Under the pieces are notes generated by a model, which was given only the letters and a program-made list of their open reading frames with translations, searched no databases and was not told where the DNA came from. A program made the translations under genes and the position numbers. A DNA stretch of 64,000 bases from Pseudovirgaria hyperparasitica (taxonomy: Eukaryota): the NCBI GenBank assembly GCA_010093815.1, contig ML996570.1. One strand, written 5' to 3'. Shown here in pieces: positions 36,891-48,527 of this stretch. Numbering within the stretch: the stretch's first letter is position 1; every line of letters begins with the position of its first letter.

Positions 36891-37580
36891 AATCGGAGAC
36901 TGGGGACTGGGGATTAATTGGTTCGTGCGACGGGGAAATGCACAGCGAAGGTGGGTAGGACGGGCTTTGATCTGACTGCCGAAGATCGTGATCGCCGCGG
37001 TTTTGCCGGAATCATCTGCTTATAGGTGTGAATTGTATTGTGATGAGAGTTGTTGAGCGGAGATCCTTAAAACTTGTGCTTGAGTGAGTGAGGTGAGAAT
37101 GAGTACAAGGACAGCGTGGATGAAGTGAATGGCACCCCGGCGGCGAGAAGAGGTGAGTGGGCGTGATTGAAAGTGCGCAAGAGCGGGCATAGACCTGGAG
37201 CTACGAATATACACCTAAGACACCTCAGTAATACCCGAGTACACGTGCCGGACAAACCTTCACACTAATACTCTCTATCCTCACGAGTCGTGGACTCCAG
37301 CACAGTCGAGTACCTGGACTTTGTCTGCAGTAAGACGAGGCATAGCCAAAGCAAATAGTGCATGACAGGCTGTAACGAGCCGGCGAGAAGACCGATTGAA
37401 TTCACACCGCCTTCGTCTATCAATCCCTGCTTGGTTGGTCTACAACCTTCTCATGACATGACAGGTGCAATCGAGCGTTGAATTCAGTGTATATTTAGCA
37501 GTAACAATGTACTTTTTATTACGTTTGCTATGTGGGTATTATGGCTCTATCATTAATCCGCGCATTACATAATAAGTATC

Positions 37581-38332
37581 TTACAATGCCAGCATGGCGG
37601 CGGCGACACCGGCAAGGCCAGCGATTGATGCGCCACGGATGAGATTCGCGGACGCAGCGCCGGTGTCAGCAGGCGCAGAGCCTTCAGTTGTTGGGCTACC
37701 GCCTGTGGGTTGAGAACCAGTAGCTGTGTATTGTCAGTATTGTGTACGTGGATATATAGGGTTGCAGAATCGGGCTTACGAGCTGGGGTAGTACGAGTGA
37801 TGAGAGAACCAGTGTGCGCAGGCGACGATGGGTTAGACGATGGAGAATCGGAAGTAGGTTCGGGCGATCCAGTAGCAGCAGATAGCTTGTCGGCGCCGGC
37901 AGTAACAGTAGCAGGGCTGAACACGAGCTCTCCGCTGCTGTATTCCGTTGCGAAAGATGTTGTCAGGACCTCGCCTTCGACAGTGCCGATCATTGTCTGA
38001 TCGCAGCTCGCGGTGGTAGTGCCGCCAATGCTACAAGAAATAGTCGCCGTCACGACGGGGATACTGTTGCTTTCCTCGCCGAAAGCTTCTGTAAACTCTG
38101 CGTAGAAAAGTTCCGGGCCAGCAGTGACAGTAAAGGCATCGGCATAGCAGCCGTCAAACTCGTCAGGGTCTTCGGGAGCGTCGGTTGGGCACGACAAGAC
38201 CATAGTTGTGGCTGTAGCGTCTACAGTGACGACGGACGCGCTGTAATTTGGTGGGAGGAGAAAGACGTCGACTGTGGTTGACTGCGCGATGGCAATGCCA
38301 CTTAAGAGCGCGAGAGTAGCAAAGGATTTCAT
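37581..38332 (-). CDS. GPI-anchored Ser/Thr-rich cell-surface protein
   Basis: Signal peptide MKSFATLALLSGIAIA, a 4-Cys domain and an S/T/P stalk. Intron 37724-37779 gives the C-terminus DTGAASANLIRGASIAGLAGVAAAMLAL*, which looks like an omega site plus hydrophobic tail. Confidence 0.85.
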
Positions 38333-39829
38333 CTTGCGTATGAGGAAAGCGAAGTTCGGGGAGGAGATTAATGGTTCAAGATAGACGTGTGGTGTATGAA
38401 ACGAGGGTAGTTGTTAGATTTGTTGAAGTGATTTTGAAATATCTTGCAAAAGAGCGTAACTCCACGAAGGATGATGAAGATTAAAGGCACGAAAAGGAGA
38501 TCAGTGTAAGAGTAGTAAGAAAAGGAACTGAACAGACGCACGCGATGATTTATAAAAACAGCCACCGACGGTAGCGGAGTCCGTTATATCGTGAAGCACG
38601 AAGGATTGGAATAGCTTTGTTTTTTACCGCCCGCCATCCAGACCCAACTTCGCCCCAAGTCCTTCGCTTGAATGCCTGCACTGGGTTGGACGCATTGCTT
38701 ACTGTTACTACCAATATACTGGAGCGAATGGGAGACGTGTATCTGCGAGGCTTAGCACCCACTTGAAGAGAAGCCGTCCTTGGCGATGTGACAGGACGAG
38801 GTGACAAAGAACAGTGCCATTTTCGCGAAGGGTTTTGCTGAGTGAAAGGAGTTCCAATGTGGTGAGGCTCTTGCAACCGTGGTCATGCATGAGAATCACC
38901 CTGCCACGCAATGCTTGTCAAGACACCACTGTGCCATGCACGAGACATTGATGGGTAAGGCGGTGCAAAGCGAGTGAGTACAAAGAGGATTAAGTTAAGA
39001 CTTGAGATTTGCCCAGCTAGTCAGTCAGCAAAGAGTCATGAAGATGCTAAGTGTCGGGGCGGGCGAGAATCAATAATTATTATATTATTGGTCGCGGAAT
39101 GGCAAGCGAGATTGCGACACACGTGCTGCCCGCGCCACAAACTGCCGCCCTATGCCCAGCAGTAGTAGGTGCAACCGGGCAGCTAATTGAAGCTTCCTGT
39201 CAGCGTAATTCTTTCCTCCACACTATCACGAACCTTTCCTGATATCACCTACAGTAGCTTAACCACTGCTTTGCCAGGTCATCGTTCCCGAACGTCAGGC
39301 CGTCGCGCATGGCGAACACATCATTGTCATAGCGCAATGATGTTTCAAATACCCCCTTGCGTCGCAGCCACAGCCTTGTCGCATCTTTGTCAAATTCCGT
39401 TTCCGTTGTATCTAAGCAAAACGCCTACCTTTTAAGTTACACCCTCGATCACCTCTCTACGGCGTAATTGCGATACTGTGTTGATATAAAATTGGAGAAA
39501 AGAGCGTTTTAATGTCATGGGAGTCTACTATACCGCGAGATCCTGCCCTGATATACGGTGCATGCTCCGACGAATTCTTCTTTCGAATAGACTCGTTAAC
39601 ATGCTATAACTAGGTCGTACGTAGTATGACAAAGAGGAAAGAATGAGGAGAACTGCCCGCTATTCTTGCTACGATGTCAATAGCACCAGAAATCTGTCGA
39701 GGCTTGCAGACTACTCATCTATCTTCAAATACTCATGCACGACAGCAACCTTGGCGGCCTCTAGAGAAGATTATGACGATGCATAAGGCAAGAAGAGCTG
39801 ACAGTGCCCCAAGAAATTCGGTTATTGAT

Positions 39830-39854
39830 GATTTGACGTCCTAGACGTCAAATC
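39830..39854. repeat. Perfect inverted repeat with 11-bp arms containing two CRE-like cores
   Basis: GATTTGACGTC-CTA-GACGTCAAATC. Confidence 0.85.
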
Positions 39855-40298
39855 GCAGCACTGAGCACGAGACTGCAGCCGCCTCCACAAGACAGGTGAG
39901 CGTGAGAGTAGGCACATTGACTGAAACCATGAAGATATCTCAACATGACCAAAATAATGCTAATCATGCACTCGACTGATTCAACTCTTGAGGTACATGA
40001 AACAGCTACACTATAGCCATTACTAATGATGCCCCCCTATTTCATTGATCATGGTTTCTAGCTTCCAGGCAACAATGAACCCAGAGACTAGCGACTCAGC
40101 CACTTCAATACAATGTCGAGGTCCTGTGTTGGTGTCTGCATATGTCTATAAATGCAGTCGTTGAAAAAGAGACTCGTGCCACTCAACAATTCATCAACTC
40201 ATCGAACCCTGGTATAACAACCCGTTTTCTAACCCTTCGCGCCAACTGTCCACTATATCAAAGACAAGCTCCTACAGTTCGCGTAATATCCGCTCAGT

Positions 40299-41057
40299 AT
40301 GAACACATTACCGGCCAGCCTCACCACTAAGTCAAACTGTCTTAGTAAATCAGCTCTCGTCGTCCTCAACAAGAAACAGCGCTGGCTCAGACACTTCAGC
40401 GTCGAAGGCTTAGAAAGCACTTTGCACTGCGCCATCAATGCTACCCTGATCTTCGCCCAGGAAGAGGCTGGCACGGCAGTATGCATCTCGCGTACAGGCC
40501 TGATCCTCACATGTGCCCATTGCATCGCGGAAGACGCAGAAGAATTCGCTCATATACGGCAGCGCGACGTCTATCATCTGTTCGCGTCTGGTTCGGTCGT
40601 CAGTGCGCGATGCATAGCATGGGATGCCACGCGTGATCTAGCTCTACTGCGGATCGTAGCGAGCCAGGATGCCAGCGGCTCCTTCTCCTACGTGTCTCTC
40701 GCTACGCAAACTCCAAGATTGAACGCTCGTCTAGTATGTGTCGGACATCCGGGGAGCGATGATCTGGAAGTTGGAGTCGATGGCGCAAAGACTGGATATG
40801 ATATACTGCACGTGAGCACAGGACGGTTTCGAGGACTGGCAAAGGGGCAGAGCATACATGATAACAGTGAGATTGGCGCGCTGAAACACGACTGCTGGAC
40901 GTACTGGGGCCATAGCGGTGCACCACTTGTGAATAGAAAGTCGGGTGAGGTGGTGGGTCTGCATTCATCTTGGGACGAAGAGACGGGTATGAGGAGGGGC
41001 ATTGCACTGAAAGCGATACTGGACTTTCTGCTCGAACAGAGCATCAATCTGGAGTAA
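40299..41057 (+). CDS. Trypsin-like (S1/Trypsin_2) serine peptidase without signal peptide
   Basis: Catalytic triad contexts GTAVCISRTGLILTCAHC (His), RDLALL (Asp) and CWTYWGHSGAPL (Ser), followed by VVGLH. 5' end uncertain. Confidence 0.85.
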   Translation: MNTLPASLTTKSNCLSKSALVVLNKKQRWLRHFSVEGLESTLHCAINATLIFAQEEAGTAVCISRTGLILTCAHCIAEDAEEFAHIRQRDVYHLFASGSVVSARCIAWDATRDLALLRIVASQDASGSFSYVSLATQTPRLNARLVCVGHPGSDDLEVGVDGAKTGYDILHVSTGRFRGLAKGQSIHDNSEIGALKHDCWTYWGHSGAPLVNRKSGEVVGLHSSWDEETGMRRGIALKAILDFLLEQSINLE

Positions 41058-41100
41058 ATTCACAACTCAACGCTACTACTAAGATTTATTTTCTCCCACA

Positions 41101-41955
41101 TCAGCTGCTGATCCTTTTTCGATCGCGCTGAGCACCCGTCGATATTCCAAGTCTTCGCCTCAACCCATACTCCCTAGCCCCGTGCCGAACGTCTTTCCTC
41201 ACCACTATCTCTTCTCCCTCTGCCTCTACTCTCAGGGGCGCAAACACCGGAACCTCTCTTCCCTTTGCCTCATCATGGTCCACATAATAATAGATATCCT
41301 CTGTCCGTCCGTACCTCTTCCTCTCCCCTCTTCTCCCATCCGCTTCATACCGCGCTAGCCGCACCTTCAAGCAACGAAACGCCGCCGAGCGCGCCTGCAG
41401 CGTCTCCCGGATCTTCGCACTCGCCGCCGCATACGGGAAATCGCGCTTTGCTGTGTCGATATGCAGGTTGACCACAGACGCGGGAAGCGCAGACAGGAGC
41501 GCCTCGATAGCCTTTTGCCGGATCCAAGTCGTACCAGCCGGGCTCTCCTGGACACGCAGCTGGAACGTCGAAAGAGCTGTCATGCGCGGGAGGCATTCAA
41601 TGAGGGGTGTAAGATCGAGTTCGTTGAACGCGCGATCGTCATCATCGTTATCATCATCGTCTGCTGCTGCGGTCGGAAAATGCATGTCTGCTACTTGTAG
41701 CTCGAACGACTTGATATACGCAAAGAACGAGTGAGAGCGCGGTAGCTGTGCGGAGAAACGCAGATCGGATGCAAGGTTGTTATGGTGCTGTGGTCGTAGG
41801 AGCATGTGGTAGCTCCGCACGTAGGGAAATGCGAGTGAGAACCAGTATTTACAGGTCAGCAGCACGGGGAGCATTTGTTGCGGCGTCGAGGAGGCGTGAA
41901 CAGCGCGAAGGATTTCAAGGACCAGCTCAGTGGGGAGTTTGTCGAAGGTTGCCAT
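41101..41955 (-). CDS. F-box domain protein with LRR-like segments
   Basis: N-terminal F-box pattern FDKLPTELVLEILRAV..VLLTCKYW; later LPRMTALSTFQL and LPASVVNLHID. The ATG at 41955 is preferred over the track start at 42135. Confidence 0.7.
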   Translation of the reverse strand: MATFDKLPTELVLEILRAVHASSTPQQMLPVLLTCKYWFSLAFPYVRSYHMLLRPQHHNNLASDLRFSAQLPRSHSFFAYIKSFELQVADMHFPTAAADDDDNDDDDRAFNELDLTPLIECLPRMTALSTFQLRVQESPAGTTWIRQKAIEALLSALPASVVNLHIDTAKRDFPYAAASAKIRETLQARSAAFRCLKVRLARYEADGRRGERKRYGRTEDIYYYVDHDEAKGREVPVFAPLRVEAEGEEIVVRKDVRHGAREYGLRRRLGISTGAQRDRKRISS

Positions 41956-44265
41956 GATGTCTGCGTTCTGCGTATTATTGTCTATATATAGTATATCCAG
42001 TGAAGACCCTGAGGTGCAACACGTCGTTTTCCTGTCGCAGATAGCTGTGCGCCAGCGACGAACAAAAATATTGATACGTGACGGAACCACAAAGAACTTC
42101 GAAAGACAGGACCAAAGGAGATCAGAGCAGGGCATGACCGGACAGGCACAAGGGGATTTATACGGAATAATACTAATTATTCCTACCGCCCAACAACCAA
42201 CCCAACATCAAACACGCACGAGCACGCAATGATGGTACAATAGAGCCGCAAGGAGATGACATCGTGCGCCCCTGGGTCTAGATGCGCACCCGACACACGT
42301 GGCGTGTGCCGTTGGCTGGCCCGAGAGCACTCTAGCCCCCACCATCGCCGCCGTCGCTATCCTGAAGTGCTAATTACAGCTTAGGTATCATGTTAGATGA
42401 TACTAGTTATTATATATATAGGAGGTAGTTTCGTGACAGGGCTTATGGGTATAGTAGTACTAGTTCCTTTCTCTCTTCAACTCGCGCTGTGTTAGCAGAT
42501 TTTACTTCTGGTGTTGCTTGGACTGTGAGATGCTATGCGCAAAGCCTGCAGAAATGCACTGCATGATTTCGGTTGATTAGTGTACTTGCAATCTTTTGTA
42601 CTGCTGTCCCATGTATCATGCTTGATGGGAGGGTTTCTGGAATTATATTCCGAGCTCTGCAGTCAGCTTGTGGCTTACACGTGATTTGTCTTGGCATGAG
42701 ATGTCATACATATCGTCTGTCGCGAAGCTGGATGTCTTGCGTGAGGGGACGCCAGCAGAGTAGACGCGCGGTAAATGTATAATCATATCGAGTCTTCTGG
42801 GACTCTATATAGAAGGTGCAATGCGTGCTGGGAGGCTTAGAAGAAGTTTCGAGAACTCGGCAAGTGCTACTATGGCTGGACAGGTCAAGATGAGCAGTGG
42901 AGAGCAGAACTGTGTTTAAGATATGTGGAATCGCCGTGTTCATACAACAGTGTTACTCCCAGTTCTTCGTTCTGCAGTCCACTTATTGAAACTTTAGATT
43001 ACCCTATGCCGCATGAGCGTTGAGGGCTGCTTCGGTGTTTGCATGCTCGAGCATTGAGCTAGCGCGAGTCCTAAAAAAGCGTGTAAAAGAGAGCTGCTGG
43101 TTCGAGATAAGGTCTTCATAGCCGAAACAAGATGGAAAACCGACGGCTTTGGGTTCTAGTCATTACTCCATGTAGCGATTCATTTCGCTATAGACTGACA
43201 TCGACCACGATATGATGACAGTTCCTGGCAGTAGACTTATGAGGATGTTCTGTTCGTCCGATCGACAGTTTGTATAAGTTTCGGACACTCCCATGCTTTT
43301 GACGTAATTGACTTTGACGGAGTGATGTAATGAAGATCAGAATGTTAGGTGCTTTTCCATCCAACTGAAGATCGCCTCGACTGCGCGAACGGATCCTTTC
43401 ACTCACTACTGTATGTTAGTATATTTCCGACCCGATGGCCGCGATGTAGGATGCACGTCGGAGAAAACGGCGAAAGAATATGAGCTCAAAGACCGAGCAG
43501 CCCGGTGATATGTGCTGGCACGTGATATTTTCGACCAGTCGGAGAAAATATAGCGTGCTGAAATATACCACGGTGGAAATGACTGACTGAGCATAAGGCG
43601 AAAGGCGGCAGGTATTAACGTTCTATTAAAGCAAGTTCTGATGTCACTGTTGGAGTAAGTTGTTACAGGCATGAATCACGACGATTCTATTTTTCAACAC
43701 TCCCTGCTCTGGATGTTTCGTCTACTCTATCCCTGCCTTGTGGCCCGTAGATGTAGCCAAATGTAGTAATACTATGCCAAAGTGTCTTGTCTCATTGAAT
43801 GCAAGGTCTCCTTGTCCGTTTGCCTCTTCTATTCTGGGTACGGCAGCGGCACGGCTATTATACAGTGATACCGTAGTCCATCTCGTTTCTCATAACGTCA
43901 TTCAGCCTAAGTGCGAAAACTGCCCCAGATTTTCTAAATTAAGCCTTTACAGGAGAGAAACTCGAGAATATTGCACATTTTCGTCCAGTTGAGGTTATGC
44001 ATTTTCGCCGCAGTGGTGTTGGAAATTAAGCCAGAATTTGCCTCGTGTAGTACTGGGCAGTGTTCAGGATCCATACGCCGGTCTAAATAGGAAAACCCTG
44101 GCAGCACATGATACTTCTGGTAAAATAACGTTAGCACTACCTGATAGTATGCTGACATGACTCGAACAATAGAACGAGGCAGACTTATTACACACACCCA
44201 GCCTCCAAGAAGGTAATGTTGTCCATTGCAGGCGTACGTGTCAAAGTTGATGTATCGCCACAAGT

Positions 44266-45218
44266 CTATACATGAAGAGTCCTCTTTACAACATCTTCAA
44301 GGTTTTCATCCTTCAGTCCAAGAAGGTCCATGGCGAAGTCCTGCTTCTCTTCCCAGTTTGCATCGATGATGCCAACGACTCCGACCATGTTCTCAATGGC
44401 CTCACCATCATTTGGATTCTCCTCGAGTATGTGCTGGAGGTGCTTGATGTAGGTATCAGAGTCAATATTCTTCACGTCAAATTTCGCATCAACGACCTTC
44501 TCGGTTGCTTTCAAGACCTCGTTCTGGCTGACACAGAAGCTCTGCACATAGAGCATCCTATTCTTTGTTGCCGCCTCCTGGTGCAGTACCTGCACAGTCG
44601 CCTCAGCAACCCTGGCAAGAGTTGAAGCGCTTCCTCGAATATCACCTCCGTCGAATATCATTGCTTCGCGTTTACTGAGATCCACATGAAGCAGCCCACT
44701 CTTCAGACCGTAATCAAAGAAGTGGCCACAGACAAGCGATGTCCATGAGAGCTTGTCCTCTTGCGACCTGAGATAATCGCGCACTTTGGTTTTGCCAACA
44801 TACAATGGAACAAGTTCCAATGCACGAGGACTCGAAGAGTCGCAAGAGCCAAAGTCTATGAAAAAAGTTAACCCTACCTACACATAGGTATATCTCATGC
44901 ATAGTGCTCTATACCTGCTGGTATGAAGGTGCGAACACCAGCAGCGATACAAGCGTCTGCAAGCTTAATCTGCATTTCAACCAGTGTACCACCAAAAGTG
45001 CACAAAAGAGCATCATGGCCATGAAGAGCATCAATCAGTTCTCCCATAGGCAAGTCATCGGAAACAGACAAAACGTTTGCGCCATTGGGATAGGTTGACT
45101 TTGAGGATTTTCTGGAAATGACTGTAGTCTTAAAATTTGGCTCGGCTAGAAGAGCATTCAAAATCGATGGGCCAAGATGGCCATTCGCGCCTATGATGGC
45201 GATGTTTCGGCGTGACAT
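44266..45218 (-). CDS. NmrA-like / isoflavone-reductase-family NAD(P)-binding oxidoreductase
   Basis: IAIIGANGHLG Rossmann motif; intron 44856-44914 restores FIPADFGS; conserved Lys region YVGKTKV; WTSLVCGHFFDY. Confidence 0.9.
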
Positions 45219-46318
45219 GCTGTATTGACAACGAAATCGAAACTAGAGGCATTCCTTCGATAGGACAAAATTTGTTCTCAGTAGTTCTAGTGCACGTGAC
45301 TTCTGCCGAGTAGCTATTTTCTGCCACCATCGATTTTTACTGTTATAATCTCTCAACACGCTCATGTCTAACAATAAGTGACTTTAAAATCTATACATAT
45401 ATATATATATATATGGTATGAAGTTACTAAAAGCATCGAACCTTCTGCCGGTTTCAAGGAGGTTCGCTCTACGCTCTGGAACAGAAATGCAGAGTCTCAG
45501 ACTGACGTGGGTACCTGGTATTGTCTGTGAAGCATCAGACGCATAATCACTCTCTTCCGCTTACGGGATCTCGGCCGCAACCTGATGCAGGCCAAGTGAG
45601 CTCGGTGGGGATCTTGAGACCAAACATCTGGCACCCGTATTGGGTGGTACGATCATTAACTATATTGTTGCATGATATTCACCAATACTCACTACTGACC
45701 GGGTAGATACTGGAAATCAGAGTTTGTACCGAAAAAGAAAAAGCACAGAAGACGTAGCAATGGACCTGGGTAATTACCACTGTGCCTGCTCGACTCTATA
45801 GACCTTAAATTAGGGCAAGAAACAGTAAGTCTACACCCAAACTCGAAACATAACAGTGAGTGGCCGGGTTTGGAAATTGAAACGTTATCCTGATTATCCA
45901 TGGAGCATACATCGTCATGCTCTTGCGACAACCGGCCCCGAATTACCTAAAGTTGATAGCAGGTGGCTCGAGCGGTGAGTGTGCCAACAAGGGATTAGTT
46001 ATAAGCCGCTATGTCCCGAACACCAGTTGGGCCGCTTGCAGACTAAAATTGTCCAAGCTCCACTTACGCCAACCGGTCCTTTAGGTGTCCACTCAGTGAG
46101 TCCAACCGTGGATCCTTAGACGACCACGAATAGAAATGCAGTTAACTTCGCCGACCGTTGTGGGTCGATCGCAAGGCAGCCTCGTAGCGCTATACCGCTT
46201 GTAGATTCACCAAACGCTAAAGACCATGCATATACCTACATGTATCTCGGGCGAACCCAAAACGTCACCACTGCCACATTTCCTATATTGCTTTGTTCTT
46301 TGGATCCTAATATCAAAC

Positions 46319-47214
46319 ATGATCGATATACAACGCCCTTTGTCAACTATGGATTCTACATTTACCACATACCACCCTTTCAGTAGTGATTTAGCCATGG
46401 TCCTCAATGAGCCGTACATACCCGCTATTAGGTCAATGCATACCCCACTGTCTACGTCTCGACTGCTACCACCAATCGCTCCAAGACCGAATATACCAGG
46501 GAGCATTTTACCGCATGGAGAGACGATCGAAGACTCTCTACAACCAACAGATCGACATTACCAAATATATCTCACTAGCAGCAGAAGACGTAAGCTCGAC
46601 CTCACGGAGGAAGACAAATTTCTACTGAAATTACGAGAGGAGGAGCGCCTGCCATGGAAAGCTGTCGCTGCTAGGTTCAAATCAGACAAGGGCAAAGTGT
46701 ATAGAGTCCCTGCACTGCAAATGCGCCTAAAGAGAATAAAAGAAAGAGTCAGGGGATCGGAGTGGCCGGAGAATGACCTTCGAGCATTGCGAATGTCTCA
46801 CGATCACTGGGCACAGAATAGATTTGAGATTATTGCGAATAAGGTGGGTTTCGAATATGTTCCAGTATTTCTATGACGGCCTCTAACAGACTCTAGATGA
46901 CTGACTTTGGTGTCACCCAGAGGTGGAGTGCACATCAGTGCGCTCGCAAATGGCAAGAGGCCGAGTACGACTCTCCACCTCAGTCGTATTGTGTCGCGCA
47001 TGAGGATTCGCCCAAAGAGTACGCACTCAGCGAAGAGCCCGAACGAGTTATGTATGATTACGACCATGAGGCTATCGAGAGACTATCTCACACTCCTTCG
47101 GCAAGTCAGGAAGAGCAGTGGGACTATGTGAGCTCGTGGAAAAGCATACATCCAACAGATATATCCATACCGTCAGCACCACTATACGCACATGAGACTT
47201 ACGCAGGCGTATGA
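46319..47214 (+). CDS. Myb/SANT-like DNA-binding protein (start uncertain: 46226, 46319 or 46349)
   Basis: LTEEDKFLLKLREEERLPWKAVAARF..VPALQMRLKRIK. A second repeat W..NDLRAL..RFEIIANK joins MTDFG..WSAHQCARKW across intron 46844-46896. Confidence 0.75.
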
Positions 47215-48527
47215 GTGCATGATTCTTCGATATACCATTCGCAGTTCGGGCGCAGTCTTACCATCCACATTAACGATGATCAAACCAAAGGAATCTTTCA
47301 TCTACCATGTACATAAATTATCATACTCTTTCACATTGGACCTAAATGAAGCCGATATCAAATCCAAGACTTCTACTCATTCGTCTTCTGAACAATCACT
47401 CAGTGTACCAAGTCAATACAAGGGTAGGCCTGCTTGCTGTGAAACGAGACGAGTACATGGTCCGACTTGTTCCCCTCAGAGGATTCCGCGTCCTCAGCTT
47501 GGGGCTCATGCATGAATACCAAAGGACTCCCAACTCATGCACGACTATACATATCATTCTGCAACGTCGGCCTAAGTAAGCCTGTCGGTCTGAGATATAT
47601 TTGTGAACTGTGTTGTATGTATACCGCCTCTTTGGAAGGAAAGAACCCGGTTCGGCCAAATGCAAGTTAGCTTTACGAGCATAATGAGGTGGAACGCAGG
47701 TGTCCGTAACTAGATTACGGCCCACCTAGAATCCTTCGCCAAGTCTGCCCTCAAGCCTACGCATGGAGGTGCCGTACTATGGTAAGACTCTAGAGCCAGG
47801 CAGAGAGGGGATGGCTATAACTAGCCATATATGGCATACGGAGTGTATATCCGCGACCGGAACAATGTGACAATAGGAGAAGCACTTATTGAGAGTGGCC
47901 GGTGTCACTATAGCATGGAAGCGATATACTAATTTCTGCGGCTGCTCTGCGAAAGATGGTACAAAGACCGTTTCTTAGAAGGCGATCGAAACGGTTCAAC
48001 AACAGATCCAGCATCCGCCTCAGTCCAGCGATTACAGGTGTACACTATTAATCAGACTATAGGCCGAGTTGGCCCAGGACGCACGACTACGTAAAGGAAG
48101 GGAACCCCGCCCTGCAAAGGCAGACCGGCCGAAGGTCCTATCAATAGGACATTCTACAGGCAACATGGGGATGGGTGAGGCGGTAAGTAAGGAGTGTCAA
48201 GCATCAAAAGCCTCCCCTGCAACACTTGCTGACACGCCCGGCTTGCCTTCAGCTCGGGAGACCGGGATGCTCGCCCGAATAAAGCTAAAGCTGTAGGCCC
48301 CAACGGCCGACTGGACTTCGACCTTTTCGCACACCATGAATCCTGCAATCTATGCCCTATACCCTTACCTTACGCCGACAGCTGCATAGCACCGATTGTG
48401 CAAGCGCAACCTGTGGGAACTGCATCGTCTATCGTCTGTCGTATAGCGCCCTAGGCACAAGCCCACCACTATCTTGCCGTCACGACCCCACAAGGTTAAG
48501 ACTTCGGGGCGCAGTCCGGGTCCTGCC

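Noticed and set aside
45397..45414. (AT)n microsatellite upstream of the NmrA-like gene
   Set aside because: An ordinary short dinucleotide run.
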